Below are positions 26,508 to 39,990 of a stretch of DNA of 64,000 nt, piece after piece. Position 1 is the first letter of the stretch; each line of letters begins with the position of its first letter. The notes below the pieces were generated by a model. The model was not told where the DNA came from. It was given only the letters and a program-made list of their open reading frames with translations, and ran no database searches. The stretch comes from Azolla caroliniana (Eukaryota; Plantae; Polypodiophyta), in contig JBHGNT010000021.1 in NCBI GenBank assembly GCA_043228905.1, forward strand, positions 11,718,001 to 11,782,000, given 5' to 3'. The position numbers and the translations under genes are program-made.

Positions 26508-26903
26508 TGTTGAATATATGATATGATATGATATGCGGAAGAATATGTGAGGACCTGCAAGAAGATGTGTACAACAAACAACATAGACAGAGTAGAGATA
26601 TGCAAAAAGGTAGAAGGTAAGATAGACACAATTAAGCTCTAATGGAAGCTCTGTTATTCACTTATGTAAAAACTCTTTCTCTTACAATGTTTCAGTTGGG
26701 CTTATATACTCAAGCCCTAACTTCGGAATGTGTTCACACTAAGGATAAAAAGTGGAAGGAGTCGGCTTTTTATGCCAACAAACACTTAGGGGATTCAATG
26801 ATTCTATCCATTAGATGTAACTCAAATCATGAACACTATCTCAACTCAATTTGAGTGATGATCTTGGCATTGGATGATTACACTGTGATGCTAGGGATCA
26901 ACA
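26508..26903 (-). mobile_element. Probable copia solo LTR or LTR remnant
   Basis: tgttga...tcaaca termini; gcggaag near the left end as in related LTR ends; no TSD found. Confidence 0.45.
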
Positions 26904-26939
26904 TGTAAGGCCTTCTATACATTGTTTGTTGCCATAGTG

Positions 26940-29900
26940 TGTTGAGATATCCAGCTCAACTACACACTAGATGTCGAATACGGGTACATAATAGACGTAT
27001 TCACATTGTCCCATTGGACTAGGCCACATTTATAAATATTGAAAGGGTAGTTGCCCTAGTTCAAATTGTATTTAAACTGAACTTTGTAACCTACTTGTGT
27101 TGTTGTTGCCATTATAACTTCTTGATAATAATACAACTACACAGTTTGTGCCCATTGGTCTCTCGCTCACTCTCTGCACTTGAATCTTGATCTTGTTTGC
27201 TAATACAATTGCCTTTGCTTCTCTTGTCAATCAGTTCCTCTTGACCTTGTTCAACATCAACAAGAAGATCTTCATCATATAGAGTGCTGGGTTTGTTCCG
27301 CATCTGACAATCACTTCCAACATATGGTATCGGAGCTTGGTTCTGTATTCTAGTGGTGATCGTCTTCTGTCTTCAACAATACTCTTGCATTCACCCCCTT
27401 GAAGATCTCCTAGTTGATTTTACTTGATAGAACAAAATCTAAGATTTCAGCTGAATTGAAATCTCTCAGCCGGAAACTGCCACAAGATCACACTCTGTGA
27501 GAAGAAATACTTGAAAAATTGCACTCCAATAAGCTAGATCACCCTTGAAGTAGGCCAACCGGTTGTACTTTGTCTTCGTGATTGTAGCTGCTTGGAGTGA
27601 GATTTTTCATCGAAACAGTCTCAATCGTGCTTCATCAGGTTAGGCGGCAATCAGACAGGTCATTCGACGTTGTTCACTTGCTCATTGTAACCACCCAAAG
27701 CAGATCAGGACTAAAGCACAACCTCGTCTGCGTTCCATTAAGCTAGGTGGCATTCGGACAGGCCAGTCAATGTTGTCCATCCACACGTTGTAGCCACTTG
27801 GTGCAGGATCGATGTCCGAAAAGGCACAAACGGCATATAATCTGCTATCAGCTTTGAAATTGGCATAAGGAATCGGATCACCAATAACCGTGCCCAATCC
27901 GGCTAGGCATTATTTGGGAAGAACAATCGATTCTATCTCTCCAACTGCCATAGTCACTCCGGATAGGTTTAGTTCAGCATCATTCGAAACCTAATCGGCT
28001 AAATAAGCAAATTCAGGTCCAATTCGGTTAGGCACGAATTGGCTGTAGCCACTCTGAATCGAACACATCGACAGTTGAAATAAATTTGGCTCGTGTCCAA
28101 TCTGTCTAGAACAAATTCAGGTGAGCCAACAAGCTGCACACCCTACCACCATTTGTAGCCGACTCCAAACAAAGCTTACCAAGCCGAAATAGAAGGGCAT
28201 CAACATTTGGCTCATTCGAGATGAGTCTAAGGAAGTTCAATGGATCGAACTTCAACTTCTGGAAAGGACAAGTGCAGGACTATCTGATTGTCAAAGGTCC
28301 GATAGATCTGATTGAGTTCGAAAATCCCCCAGAAGAGTACAAGCCGAATAAGTGGACAAAATTAGATCGGATTTTTCGGGTCACCATTTGGATGCACTTG
28401 TTGGAGTCAGTGTACTTCACAATGCAATCATGTTCAATGGCCTTCCAACTCTGGAAGACATTATCGGACACCTGTAAAAAGAAGGTCGTTGCAACAAAGA
28501 TATATCTGATCTGGTGCCTCTACAACCTTCGGATGAAAGAATCCAATTCGCTCCAAGCACACATAAACAAATATGAGAATTTGAGTTCCCAATTGTCGGC
28601 TCAGGGAGTCACTATAGAAGATGAGCTAAAAGCTTTTGTATTGATGAGCACCCTGCCTCCGACTTGGGAAAACTATGTCACCATTGTATGCAATGCATCC
28701 AGAACGACCGTAAGCTACTCCGAATTGAAGAGCTCAAATTTGACGGAAGATGCTTTGAGGAGATCATTCGTTCACAATTCGGCCAATGATGCTTTTGTAG
28801 TACAGAGTTCGGATGACTGACTGAACAACAAGAGAAGAAGTTCTTCTCGATCGCCGAGTAATCCGCTGTTGTGAAGATTTCTGGCCATAAGAGAAAGAGT
28901 GCAAGGATGCACACGAACTAGGGCTTATGTACATAAAACATATATGTAAATACCGAGGTCTAATAAGTACTAGACAAAGATAGTTTATTCGGTATTTTAA
29001 GGATCCCATAAAAAGAGGGCAATAATAGGATATGATGGGAGTAAATCGTGTGAGGGATTGCTGATAGGAGTGGCTATCATCAATGCTGATGTATCCAACC
29101 TCCCCTTTGTGCTACAAAAGGGGAGGAACGGATCTAAATCGGGGAGTCGTGTTTTGGGGAGAACGAAGTATTGCTGGATTTCGGAGTGGTTAGCTCACTT
29201 CATTTTCTTGGGTTTCTTGTTGTCGTGCTGTGAGGCCTCTGTTTTGGAAGCTCGTGTACTCTTGATCAGAGGCTTCCTGGATTCGCTGCGTGTGTGTAGA
29301 GCTCGAAGCTCTGTTACCGACCGAGCCCGGTTATACTTCTCTTATTATAAGTTAATCAACTATTTTGTTGCTTTCGGATTTTCCTGTGTCTTTCAGTTTT
29401 TGCTTGTATTCTCGTCTTTTCCCTCTCATCTGTGTGTGCATACCCGAGTCTGCTAGCCCGTGGGGTCATTGCTTGCTACCGGGCGGCAGTTCCGGAACAG
29501 AGTACGCATCCGAGCCCGTGTGCTCATCATCCGGCATCCGGAGACTGTATGGATTGGATATGTGTCCGTGCCGCGCCCCGACGAAGTTACCCAGAAACGA
29601 TTTGGATAATCCCCCTTTCGCTTCCCTTACCAGCTCCTTAGTTCGAGACCCCAGTGGTCTTGGCCATTTCGACACATACTTGCGGACTTTCGCGACACCG
29701 CGAAGTCGGAGCAAGTCTAAAGGAAGCCGAATATTCAACTATTGCAAAAAGCCTGGACATGTCAAGGCCGACTGCCGCGCCCTTAAAGCAAAGAATGATA
29801 AGGCTCAACGAGCTGATCTAAATTGTAGGCGACAAGAGGAGGTCAACTATGTCAGCTCATTAGTCGAAGTATTGATGGACAATCCGAACATACTATTCAT

Positions 29901-31134
29901 TGAGAACTCCGTCAAATTAGAAGTTTTGCTTACGACTAAGGAATCGAGCACAACACTCCTGAATTTGGGTACTTCCAATCATGTGACCCCTCATAGATCA
30001 CAATTCCGACAATATTTGGCCCCGCATTCCGACTCAGTCCGAGTCAGAAATTCACAACATTGCACTATAATCGGAATCAACACAATATTGGCACTACATA
30101 ATGTCTGACACGTACATGAGCTCTCAAGTCAGCTGATCTCAGTCAGACAACTTGACGAAGACGACATCCGTGCTGGCTTCTCATCAGGAGGGTGCACACT
30201 CCACAGGGGGGAACCTCTTGCTTACTTGAGGTTCAAAAGTACCATCTCTGTACCCATTACACGTCACACGTAGAGAGAGTGGGTTGTTTCCAGTTGATAT
30301 CCTTGTGTCATCACTATGGCACATACGACTCAGACACTTAGCAAGATCAACATAACACATTCATCTAGAGCAAGATACATCCCCAAACTCTCCTTTTCGA
30401 ACCACCAATTCTGCAAGCACTGCCAATACAGCAAACAAGCCACAACCTCACACTCGACGGAAGCACCAAGTGAATCGAGTCTGCTTGATTTGGTCCATTT
30501 GGACATCTGTGAGCCGATGGCACATTAGCCTCTTGGTGGTGTCTCCTACTTTGTTAGCTTCATCGACAATTCAACTCGTAAGGTGTGGGCATACCTGGCT
30601 CGAACCAAAGATCATGTGTTGTCGATCTTCTAGGAATGGCTTGCCATGGTGGAGAACTAGTCCGGACGAAAGCTAAAATGCTTATGGTTCGACAATGGAG
30701 GAGAGTTCAAATCAAAGGAATTTGTCAGATTTTGCCAGCAACATGACATTCGACGTGAATATACAATAGCTCCAACACTCTGGACTGTCGGATGGCTTCT
30801 AGGCAGAAGCCCTACTTATGACAATACGCATAATCAATATGTTGCCAAGTAGCCTCTAGAACCTCAAATACCTCAAGATTTATGGACCGACAAGATGCCG
30901 AATTACAATAAGCTGAGGATTTTCGGAAGATGATCGCTGGAAGCTCGAACAGAGGTCCAGGAAATGCATTCTCCTTGACTATGGACCAGACGGTGAAATC
31001 AAATACTGACTCTATAGATAGATCACATGAAGTTCGAACGTTGTCTTCAATGAGTCGGTCGTTCATAAAACGGACGAAAGGCCTATTGAAGTCCGAAGGG
31101 TCACTTTCTTGGAACTGTTGACCCTTCATGACGG
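26940..31134 (+). mobile_element. Ty1/copia element, 5' portion (5' LTR 26940-27322, PBS, gag, protease, integrase)
   Basis: LTR tgttgagatatccagctcaac...ccaaca; PBS TGGTATCGGAGC 27325-27336; gag LRKFNGSNFNFWK; knuckle NYCKKPGHVKADC; integrase LVHLDIC; ends at LTR insertion at 31135. Confidence 0.9.
28867..29697 (+). mobile_element. Gypsy-family solo LTR with 4-bp TSD CCGC
   Basis: tgttgtgaaga...tcgcgaca; CCGC at 28863-28866 and 29698-29701; interrupts copia gag. Confidence 0.9.
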
Positions 31135-31770
31135 TGTCCCAAAAATTTGTGTACGTGCGTGCTTTGCACAAGCGGGACCACTGGGGTCTTGGAATGGGGA
31201 GGATGTTTTCGAACTTGTCGAAAAGAGGACGATGTTAATGTAAGAGACGGGGAAACCAATGCCACACTTGAAAAGATCAAAGGTTGTACACTTGAGAAGT
31301 AGATAAATAAGAAGAAGATAAAGAGGAATATTATATAATTGATGATGATGTTGATGATCTCCCAAAGAGGCCCTACTAGGGTTTTTATAGGTCTGTCTAT
31401 CCATGCTTCTAACATGCACAAAACCATGGGCTTGGTTGAACCCATGGTTTTTGCGCACATGGATTTTCTTGTGGCATGCATAAAACCATGGGTTTGAAAC
31501 CATGGTTTTGTGCACACGGTTTGTACGATTGTTTTTTATGCAATTTGAATATGAAAAGGAAAGCATTTAAACTATTTAGTAGTAGCCCTAGTGGTAAGGT
31601 AAATGTCTTCTATTTTGGAGGTGCAAGGTTCAAAACCTACTTGCACCCCTCTATATGCATTCAAATGCCTCTAAGCCCTAGGTTTATTTTCATATGTACA
31701 AGTGTTTGTGTAGTGTGCATGGAACTACACTTTTTCTCCCACTAGACACACCACATCATGGCATCCACCC
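31135..31770 (-). mobile_element. Gypsy-family LTR fragment carrying a tRNA-like cassette
   Basis: Terminus tgtcccaaaaatttgtg...gcgggaccactggggtcttgg homologous to the other family termini; rc TATAAAA 31383-31389; right boundary uncertain. Confidence 0.7.
31577..31650 (+). other. tRNA-like Pol III (A/B box) sequence inside LTR
   Basis: TAGCCCTAGTGGTAAGG ... GGAGGTGCAAGGTTCAAAACC; aligns with rc of 42658-42728. Confidence 0.65.
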
Positions 31771-31789
31771 CCACCAAACTGTACATCCT

Positions 31790-32043
31790 CCGGCTGGATA
31801 AAATTGTCAAACTTCTTATACCACTACTAGGGTGCCTGCTTTAGCCTATAAAGACTCTTCCCGAGTCGACAGACTAGATGCTCTTGGCCAGCTGCGACGA
31901 AACCTTTCGGTTGCTCCATGTAAATTTCCTCCTCTAGGTCGCCATGGAGGAAGGACGTCTTCACATCTAACTGTATAAGCTCCAGGTCCTCGACTGTCAG
32001 TATTCTGAGTAGGAATTGAAGGGTGGTCATTTTCACCAATGGT
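31790..32043 (-). pseudogene. Inverted copia RT fragment
   Basis: VKMTTLQFLL...QLDVKTSFLHGDLEEEIYMEQPKGF...LKQAP, same family as 37960-38190. Confidence 0.9.
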
Positions 32044-33299
32044 TTGAGATCCCGAGCTCTATCATTCTCTCTGTTTCTCTCTATACTGATTTGAGAGGAA
32101 GGTGAGGCCTTTGCTCGCGTAGGAAGCCCTTGTGCTCCCAACCAGAGGCTCATCGTTCTGTGTGTGTGTGCAGAGCTAGAAGCTCTGTTACCGGCCGAGT
32201 CTAGTTGTATTTTTCTCTATTTTAAGATTAATCGATTATATCTGTTGCCTTTCGGAGTTTACTGTGTCTTTCGGTTTCTACCTATATTCTCGTTTTTGCT
32301 CCCTCGTATTTGTGTGTGCATACCTAAGTGCGCCAACCCGTGGGCTCGTTGCTCGTTATCTGACGGTTGTTCTGGAACAATGTACGCGTCTGAGCCCGTG
32401 TGCTCATCATCCGACATCCAGAGACTGGTTCGGATCAAATACATGTCCGGACTACACTCCGACGAAGTTATCCGGAAACGATCTAGATAATCTCTCTCAC
32501 GCTTCTGGTGTGAATAGTTAAACCCACAAGGACATGGATTTATAGTGCAGGGTGGTAGCGTGTTCCAATGTGATGGGGTGAGTCAGGGCACAAATTCTGA
32601 ATTTTTTGAGGAGATTTGGCTTATGGTGGCGTGTTTAACGGTCCGACACATTTGGATTAGGCGTTGTAAGTTTGTTTTTCAGCAACAAAAGCTCTCGTGT
32701 GGGGAGGTGATGTTAAATATTTGGTTTGAGGTTGTGGCTTGGTTGCGGGGTCGATATGATTCGATTAAGGGGGAATTGGAAGAAACAGAAAGGGCAAGGT
32801 CAAAGTTCTTGTTGAAATGGAATGATTCTCCCATGATAGTCAAATCTTCGGCGAGGCCTAAGTGGAATTACTTGGCGCTTAGGTGGCTGTTTCCACCGAT
32901 GGCTCCCAATATTGTACATGGGTTGTAATTATGTATGTATAATTGAAGCAAAAGTGGGTTAATATAGTCATGTTGCCTGGATAATGTTGCTAGAAAAGAG
33001 TTAGTTGGGAGATGTAGAGTCGGGGTAAAAAAGGGGTTTATTTCAGTTTTGTTGGAGTTAAGGGTCGGGTAAGTTTTGGCTCTTTTTATTTGATAGTTTT
33101 GTAGTTGTTCCTCCAAGTTGTATATGTTGATCCCATTGTGGATTCGAGTAAAATCTGTTGTAATCTATTTGCTAACTAATGCGAGGTAGTGTGTTTTTGC
33201 TGAAAAAAAAATCTCTCTCATGCTTCTCTTATCGGCTCCTTAGTCCGAGATCCAGGTGGTCTCGCTCGTTTCTATACATACCCACAGATTTCTGCGACA
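32044..33299 (+). mobile_element. Gypsy-family LTR 3' part, interrupted by a LINE
   Basis: Homologous to 29300-29697; ends ...tctgcgaca at 33299. Confidence 0.8.
32507..33210 (+). mobile_element. 5'-truncated L1-like LINE with poly(A) and ~17-bp TSD
   Basis: ORF2 C-terminal-like VRHIWIRRCKFVF; A-tail 33203-33210; TSD atctctctca(c/t)gcttct at 32490-32506 and 33211-33227. Confidence 0.88.
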
Positions 33300-33720
33300 C
33301 TGTACCTGAGCAACACCCCTGAGGTGCCTTTCAAGTGCCTTAGTATCCACTTGATTGCTGTTAGAGACATTAGTTCCCTTAGGTCTATACACATCATTAA
33401 AGTAATTGTCAATGTTCTTTCCCTCACTATGTATTGGGTCCCAATGATTTACTACGTGCAAATGGGTATATCAATGGATCTCCCGTACAATTTTTGTTTG
33501 ATTCAGGAAGCTCACACAACTTTGTGAATGATCGTTTGGTTCAGATATGGGGAATCCAACCCATTGTAAGTGATCACACCTATACGGTGCACTTGGCTGA
33601 TGGAAGAGTACAATACATCAACGGGGCGATTCATTCATTAGGAATTTCTATTGATGCTTATATAGAGGAAGTATACTTCCATGTACTGAATCTTTGTACC
33701 GTTGATGTAATACTTAGAAT
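33300..33720 (+). pseudogene. Gypsy aspartic protease fragment
   Basis: LRANGYINGSPVQFLFDSGSSHNFVN...VHLADG...VDVIL. Confidence 0.8.
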
Positions 33721-33725
33721 CCAAT

Positions 33726-34045
33726 CTATATTTAGGTGGGCTAGAACAAGCATAATACAAATTTAGGAGACCTTTTGGTGTACAGTTGGTGTAGTACTAG
33801 TCACGATCCTATATTTAGGTGATCTAGTACTAACATAGTACACGTTTAATTCAGGATTTAGTTGTATTGTTGGTTTAGTACTAGTATCAATTCTATATTT
33901 AGGTGAGCTAGTACTAGAGCATAGTACTAGGTGTAAAGTTGGCGTAGTACTAGAATCCATCCTATATTTAGGGGAGCTAGTACTAACATAGTACACACTT
34001 CATTCTGGAATTAGTTGTACAGTTGGTTTAGTACGAATACCCGAT
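33726..34045 (+). repeat. Degenerate minisatellite (ctatatttaggtgagctagtact... units, ~70-85 bp)
   Basis: ctatatttagg recurs at ~33726, 33809, 33893 and 33962 with alternating unit types. Confidence 0.8.
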
Positions 34046-37000
34046 TCCGGAGGATGAGGCTCGTGAACCCTGAGAGGTTCAAGAAGAAGATGAAGGATTT
34101 GGTACTCTAGATGAGAGTCCGATCTCATTCCGGCTCAGTGGACCGAATGAGCGACTCAGTCGGGATGACCAGTCGGATGAAGAACCTACGACTAGTGGAC
34201 ACTCTGCCGTGCTCTCTCCGTGCAAGGAACTGAGGAGACGGTTCATGTGCAAAGAGAAGGGGAAGAAGAAGATGCCAGATTACGATACCGGTAGTGAAGG
34301 GTCGGATCGGAACGAATCTGACCCCGGAAAGGAAGAAGGCGGATCTTTGTAAAGGAAGTCTAAACCGGCCAAGAAGGGCCTCAACCTAGATAACGAAAAG
34401 TTACGCTGGTCAACCCGTCAAAAGAAAACCGTCATGAGGTACGGATACAATGAGTACATGGCGCATCATTATGCGTCCATGACGAAGGTGGCGGAAGTGC
34501 GTGAGCCGGAGGGCTATGCAAAAGCAACAAAAGATGCAAATTGGCGTGTTTCTATGGAGGAAGAAATGCGGGCACTAGATGCCAAGGACACATGGGACCT
34601 GGTTGACCCACCCCGACAATGCAAACCGATCGGTCGCAAGTGGGTGTACATGGTAAAGTACAACGCCGACGGTTCAGTCAACAGGTACAAAGCCCGGTTA
34701 GTGGCGAAGGGATATGCATAGACCCACGAAATCGACTATGATGAGACCTTCGCTCTGGTAGCGAAGATGACGACGGTTCGTGTGGTACTAGCTATTGTTG
34801 CGGCAAGGAGATGACATCTTCACCAAATGGACATGAAGAATGCATTTCTTCAAGGTGATCTTGAAGAATGGGTCTATATGATCCAACCTCCTGGTTTCCA
34901 ATCGGAGATGAACAAGTTGGCAGTGTGCCAACTCAAGAAGTCACTTTACGATTTGAAGGAAGCCCCCCAAGCTTGGAATGCGAAGTTCACGCATCGGTTG
35001 CATAAGATGGGGTTGGCGGCCTCAAAGTCCGACTCGTCACTGTTCATCTGGAACGGTCTGGTTTGTATCCTGCTATATGTTGATGATTTAGTCATCACTG
35101 AACTCGGACTGGATGAAATCGGCAAAGTGAAGTCCCAACTATCAAACGCATTTGAAATTAAGGACCTGGGGGACCTTCATTATTTTCTTGGGATCAAGGT
35201 GATCCGGACCCTTGATGGCATATTGCTCTCAAAAAGACACTACGTGTTGAATATGATGTACAAGTTCGGCATGACGGAATGTCGACCAATCTCCACACTC
35301 CTGAACCAGAACCTGAAGCTACGTCCCGACTCTAGACCGGCCTGCGATGAGAAACGGTTCCGAAAAATTGTCGAAGCCTTATATACTTGACGATCACCCA
35401 ACCCGACATCAGTTATCCAGTCGAGATGATCAACCAGTTCGTACAGAAGCCGACCGTCGAGCATGTTCAGTGCGTACACCGGATACTCCGGTATGTTAGT
35501 GGCACGAAGGACCGGGGACTGTTATACCGACATGGTATAGCTAGGAAGCTACTCCGATATACCGATGCCGACTGGGTTGGTGATGCACCAAATCGCTGAT
35601 CCACCTCCGGTTACATGTTTTCTCTTGGTAGCGCGGTTGTTGCGTGGAGCAACAAAAAGCAGCCAACAGTGGCTTTGTCGAGCATTGAGGCTGAATACCG
35701 AGGCGCTACCATTGCCACCTTTGAAGCCATCTAGCTTTGATGATTGCGGCGTGACCTCTGGATTGGTGTACCGATCCTGATCCCGATCTACTGCGACAAC
35801 ATGAGCATCATACAACTCGCCAAGAACCCAATGTTCCATGCTCGGACGAAGCACATAGAAGTGCACTATCACTTTGTGCGTGAGAGGGTTTTGAGCGGTG
35901 AAATTGAACTTCGATATGTTCACACATGTCGGTAGGTTGCCGACATCTTCACCAAGATGCCTGAATCGGAGAAGTTGCCACATTTTTCGTAGATGCTCAG
36001 CATTCAACGTCTTGATGTGCCGCACTTGAGGGGGAGAACAGGAACGGGAACGGATGGCACCAGACAAGGAGCCGGAGAGGAAGAAAGAACCAAAGGGGGA
36101 GATAGGCAAATAAAGAAAGCCAAGCCGATCGAAGGAGTCAGCACATCCGAACAAGTCGGAGCAAGCGGTAGTGGTAGAGTCAAGAAGGACAAAGCCGACC
36201 GGGAGAAGGCCAAGACACAGACGTGGTTCGATGTGGTGAAGGGCCTAAAAACGAAAGACAAGTTGGAGACGACCAACTCAGACAAGAGCTGGAACGAATC
36301 GGAGGAAGCGAAGCCAATTCAGTTCAAGATTCGGAGGACCCGGATCAACTAATGGCCAAGCGGATGAGAAGGCAACGGAAGTCGACACCGAAACGGAGGA
36401 TACAATGGGTTGACACGCGCCGAAGTCGTAGTAGTGAAGGATCTGAGATGAGTTTGCTAAGACGACAAGCCGACCGAGGAGGTCGAGGTGCGCGGAACCG
36501 GAAGGGTTGCGGGAAACGGGACTGGACCAGACAAGGAGCGCGAGCAAGGCGGAGGAAAGGACCGGCTACTGCGGACATTGACACCATGATCCGACCTCAA
36601 GTTGAGCTTGAGGGGGAGTGTTGAGCGAGCAAGCTCAACTGGATCTGGATCGGCTGAATAAGCCAGAGTCGAATCGGTATTTGGAACGGAGAACCGGATC
36701 GGTGTCCGGATGATATTCAGAGCCAGGAGCCGGATCGGAATGAAACCGGTAGGCCGTTAGAGGCCTACGGATCCAGCCTAGTACGTAGGCATATTTCTTG
36801 GGAGTCAGTGACAGTCTCTCGTATGAGCATTGAAGTACCTGTCAGTACTTCTGTTAGTCCTTTTATGGACATGTATAAAAGTGCTCTCTGAGTAGATTCT
36901 ATGGACACAGAGTTTTAGAGTGTTATTTTTTAATAGAGTTTATGTTCTACTCTCTCTCTCTCTCTACTGGGTACGCGTACTGTGTGTGTGTTAAGTTTTC

Positions 37001-37065
37001 TTTTCATCTTTTGTTGCTACCGGCTGAGCCGGTTTGTCAAACGCTTCCGCACGTTTACTTTGACA
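34045..37065 (+). mobile_element. Ty1/copia 3' portion (RT-RH, extended 3' region, 3' LTR 36619-37065)
   Basis: YKARLVAKGY, LYVDDLV, YTDADW, FHARTKHIEVHYHFVRE; PPT gagggggag 36610-36618; LTR tgttgagcg...ttgaca. Confidence 0.93.
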
Positions 37066-39655
37066 GTTTCCATGCTCCAACACTCTGGACTATCAGATGG
37101 CTTCTGGGCAGAGGCCCTACTTACGGTAGTACACATAATCAATATGTCGCTGAGTAAGCCTCTAGGACTTTGGATACCTCAGGAACTATGGACCAGTAGC
37201 AAGCCGAATTACGACAAGCTAAGGATTTTCGGGTGCGAGGCATACACCGTCATATAGAAAGACAATCACCGCAAACTTGCACCAAGGTCCAGGAAATGCA
37301 TTTTCCTCGGTTATGGACCATATGACAAAATCGGCTACCGACTCAGGGACCCCGAACACAGACAGATCATCCGAAGTTCGGATATAGTGTTCAATGAGTC
37401 GGCCATCCATCAATTTGCCGAAAAGCCGACCGAAGTTCGAAGGGTAATTTTTTTGGGTGTGCCAACCCTTCATGAAGGCACAACACACAACACGAGGTCG
37501 GCTTCATGGGTAGCCAAAACCTCTAGCACTGACTCGACTCTGCACGACTTGGCACAACCGAACGATTTGGATCTTGACCATCCGATTGAGACACCCGATG
37601 CGACTAGTTCAGTCATACCTCAAAGATCCAAGAGTCTCTCACAACCCCTAGAGAGATACTGTCCTGGTATCATCTTTACGGACGCCGGAGATCTGACGTC
37701 ATATGAAGAAGCATCATCGGCATCTGCCGATTCGGCCACCTGGCATCTGGCAATGGAGTCCGAGATGAACTCCATTCGAGCAAACCAAACTTGGGACTTG
37801 GTCAAGCTCCCGAAGAATCGATATGCTCTTTCGTGGAAGTGGGTTTATCGAGTCAAATAGACGTTTGATTCGACCACCCCAAAATTCAAGGCCAGAATAG
37901 TAGCTAAGGGTTTTCGACAAGAATATGGCGTTGATTTCGATGAAATATTTTCACCAGTGGTGAAAATGACAGCGCTTAGACTCTTGCTCGGCATCGTGGC
38001 AGCCGAGGACTTATAGTTGATTCAGCTAGGTATCAAAACAACATTACTCCATGGGGATCTAGAGGAGGAAATTTATATGGAGCACCCGAAAGGCTTCGTG
38101 GCACCCGACCAAGAACATCTAGTTTGCCGACTCAGGAAGAGTCTTTACAGCCTCAAACAAGCACCACGATAGTGGTACAAGAAGTTCAACGACTTCATCC
38201 AGTCGATCGGCTTCTCAAAGAGCAATGAGGACCACTACCTCTTCACCAAAACAACTCGAGATGGATCTCCCATCTTCCTCATCATCTACGTGAACTCGTT
38301 CGGCAATTGCAGTTGAAGTTTGCCATGAAGGACCTCGGTCCAACAAGACACATTCTCGGCATGAAGATTAGTCAGAATCGAAATCGAAGAAAATTGTTTC
38401 TGTCCCAATCTATCTATATTAGACGTGTCCTCGAACACTTCAACATGCAATTAGGAAAATCTGCTTCGACCCCGCTCCCCATTAGCCTTCGGTGTCTTAG
38501 CGAGACTGTCCGACATCCGGCTCGGAGGGGGAAATTATGAAGTTGGTACCATATGCACCAACAGCTGGCTCCCTGATGTATGCGATGGTCGCGATGCGGC
38601 CTGACATTGCTCACGTCGTAGGAGTCATCAGTAGATTCATGCACAATCATGGTTGATCGCATTGGAACATAGTAAAGCATGTGTTCAGATATCTGGTGGG
38701 CACAAAAGACCATGGCATCCTATTCGGTTCGAATGACACATCTGGCGTAGTCGGATACATCGACTCGGACTTTGCCGGATGTGTGGATAGTTGAAAATCG
38801 ACAACCAGATATTGCTTCAAACTTGGCAATGGAGCGAGCTCGTGGAAATCGAAACTCCAGGAGTGCACTGCTACATCAAAAACCAAGGCCGTATACGTAG
38901 CCACGTCAGACACGGCGAAAGAAGCTTTATGGCTCCGTCGGCTCGCATTCACATTTCGACAAGTCAAATCCAACTCGGCTCCAGTTGTCTATAGCGACAG
39001 TCAAGGTGTTCTTGCTCTATCGAAAAATCCGGTTCATCACAATGCCTCTAAGCATATCGACGTTCGATATCACTTTGTTCGGGATTGCGTCATGTCAGGG
39101 AAAATCGACCTTGAGAAGATACCTATAGCCGATAATGTCGTAGATGGGATGACCAAGTGTCTTTCGGCGGATCGATTATGATCCCTTTGGCACCAGATGG
39201 GCGTAATGAAGAATTAGTATGATTAAGTCGGACACTTATGATGTTTTCGAACAATCGACTTTGACACTTCGAAGTTCGGCTTTACTTTCCCCAACTCGGC
39301 CACTTCGGCCTCTTGTTTTTTGAAGTTCACCGACTTGAACGAAATTTCAATTTGCTCAAAAACTTTGCATCAAACTGTATTATACATTTATTTCGATTTA
39401 CAGATTTTCGATGTATACGCCCATTACGGGGGAGTGTTGAATGCGGGTCTCTAATGGACGTATATATAAACTGACTTTGTAATCTAGTTTTGGAGATGTT
39501 GAAAATATAGTACATCTTGTGCCTAACGTCTCTCTCATGCATTGCGGTTTCTGTTGATATTGTTGTTGCTATCAATCCACCTTGCTTGTATCTATTTATG
39601 ATCTTCTCTCTAGAAGAGTGTGATTTGTTCCGCACTAGCGGCCGCGTTTCCAACA
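37066..39655 (+). mobile_element. Ty1/copia 3' portion (INT-RT-RH, PPT, 3' LTR 39435-39655), host of the preceding element
   Basis: MLQHSGLSDGFWAEAL, AMESEMNSI, KHIDVRYHFVR; PPT acgggggag; LTR tgttgaatg...ccaaca. Confidence 0.9.
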
Positions 39656-39990
39656 CGGGGTCTTGGACTAAAGGAGCTAGTGAGAGAAGGAAGGTTGTTC
39701 GGATCCTTTCCGGATAACTTGCCTAGATCGATTTCTGAACATGTATCCGATCCAGATTGATCCCTAGGTGCCGAACGGTGAGTGCACGGGCTCGGAGGCG
39801 TATATTGTTCTGGAATGGTTGCCGAATAGCAAGGATGAGCTCACGGGCTCACTCACTCAGATACGCAAACTCAACAGGAATAGATCAGAGACAAGGACAC
39901 GGGAAAGCCCATAGACACGAAGAAACTTAGCGAATTAATGATTAATAGGAAAACAGAAAAGATTACAACTGGACGCGGCCGGCAGAAGAG
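39656..39990 (-). repeat. Gypsy-family LTR fragment
   Basis: Reverse complement similar to 29300-29660 and 32165-32500. Confidence 0.75.

Noticed and set aside
31577-31650. Functional tRNA gene
   Set aside because: Acceptor and anticodon stems do not pair convincingly; treated as tRNA-derived.
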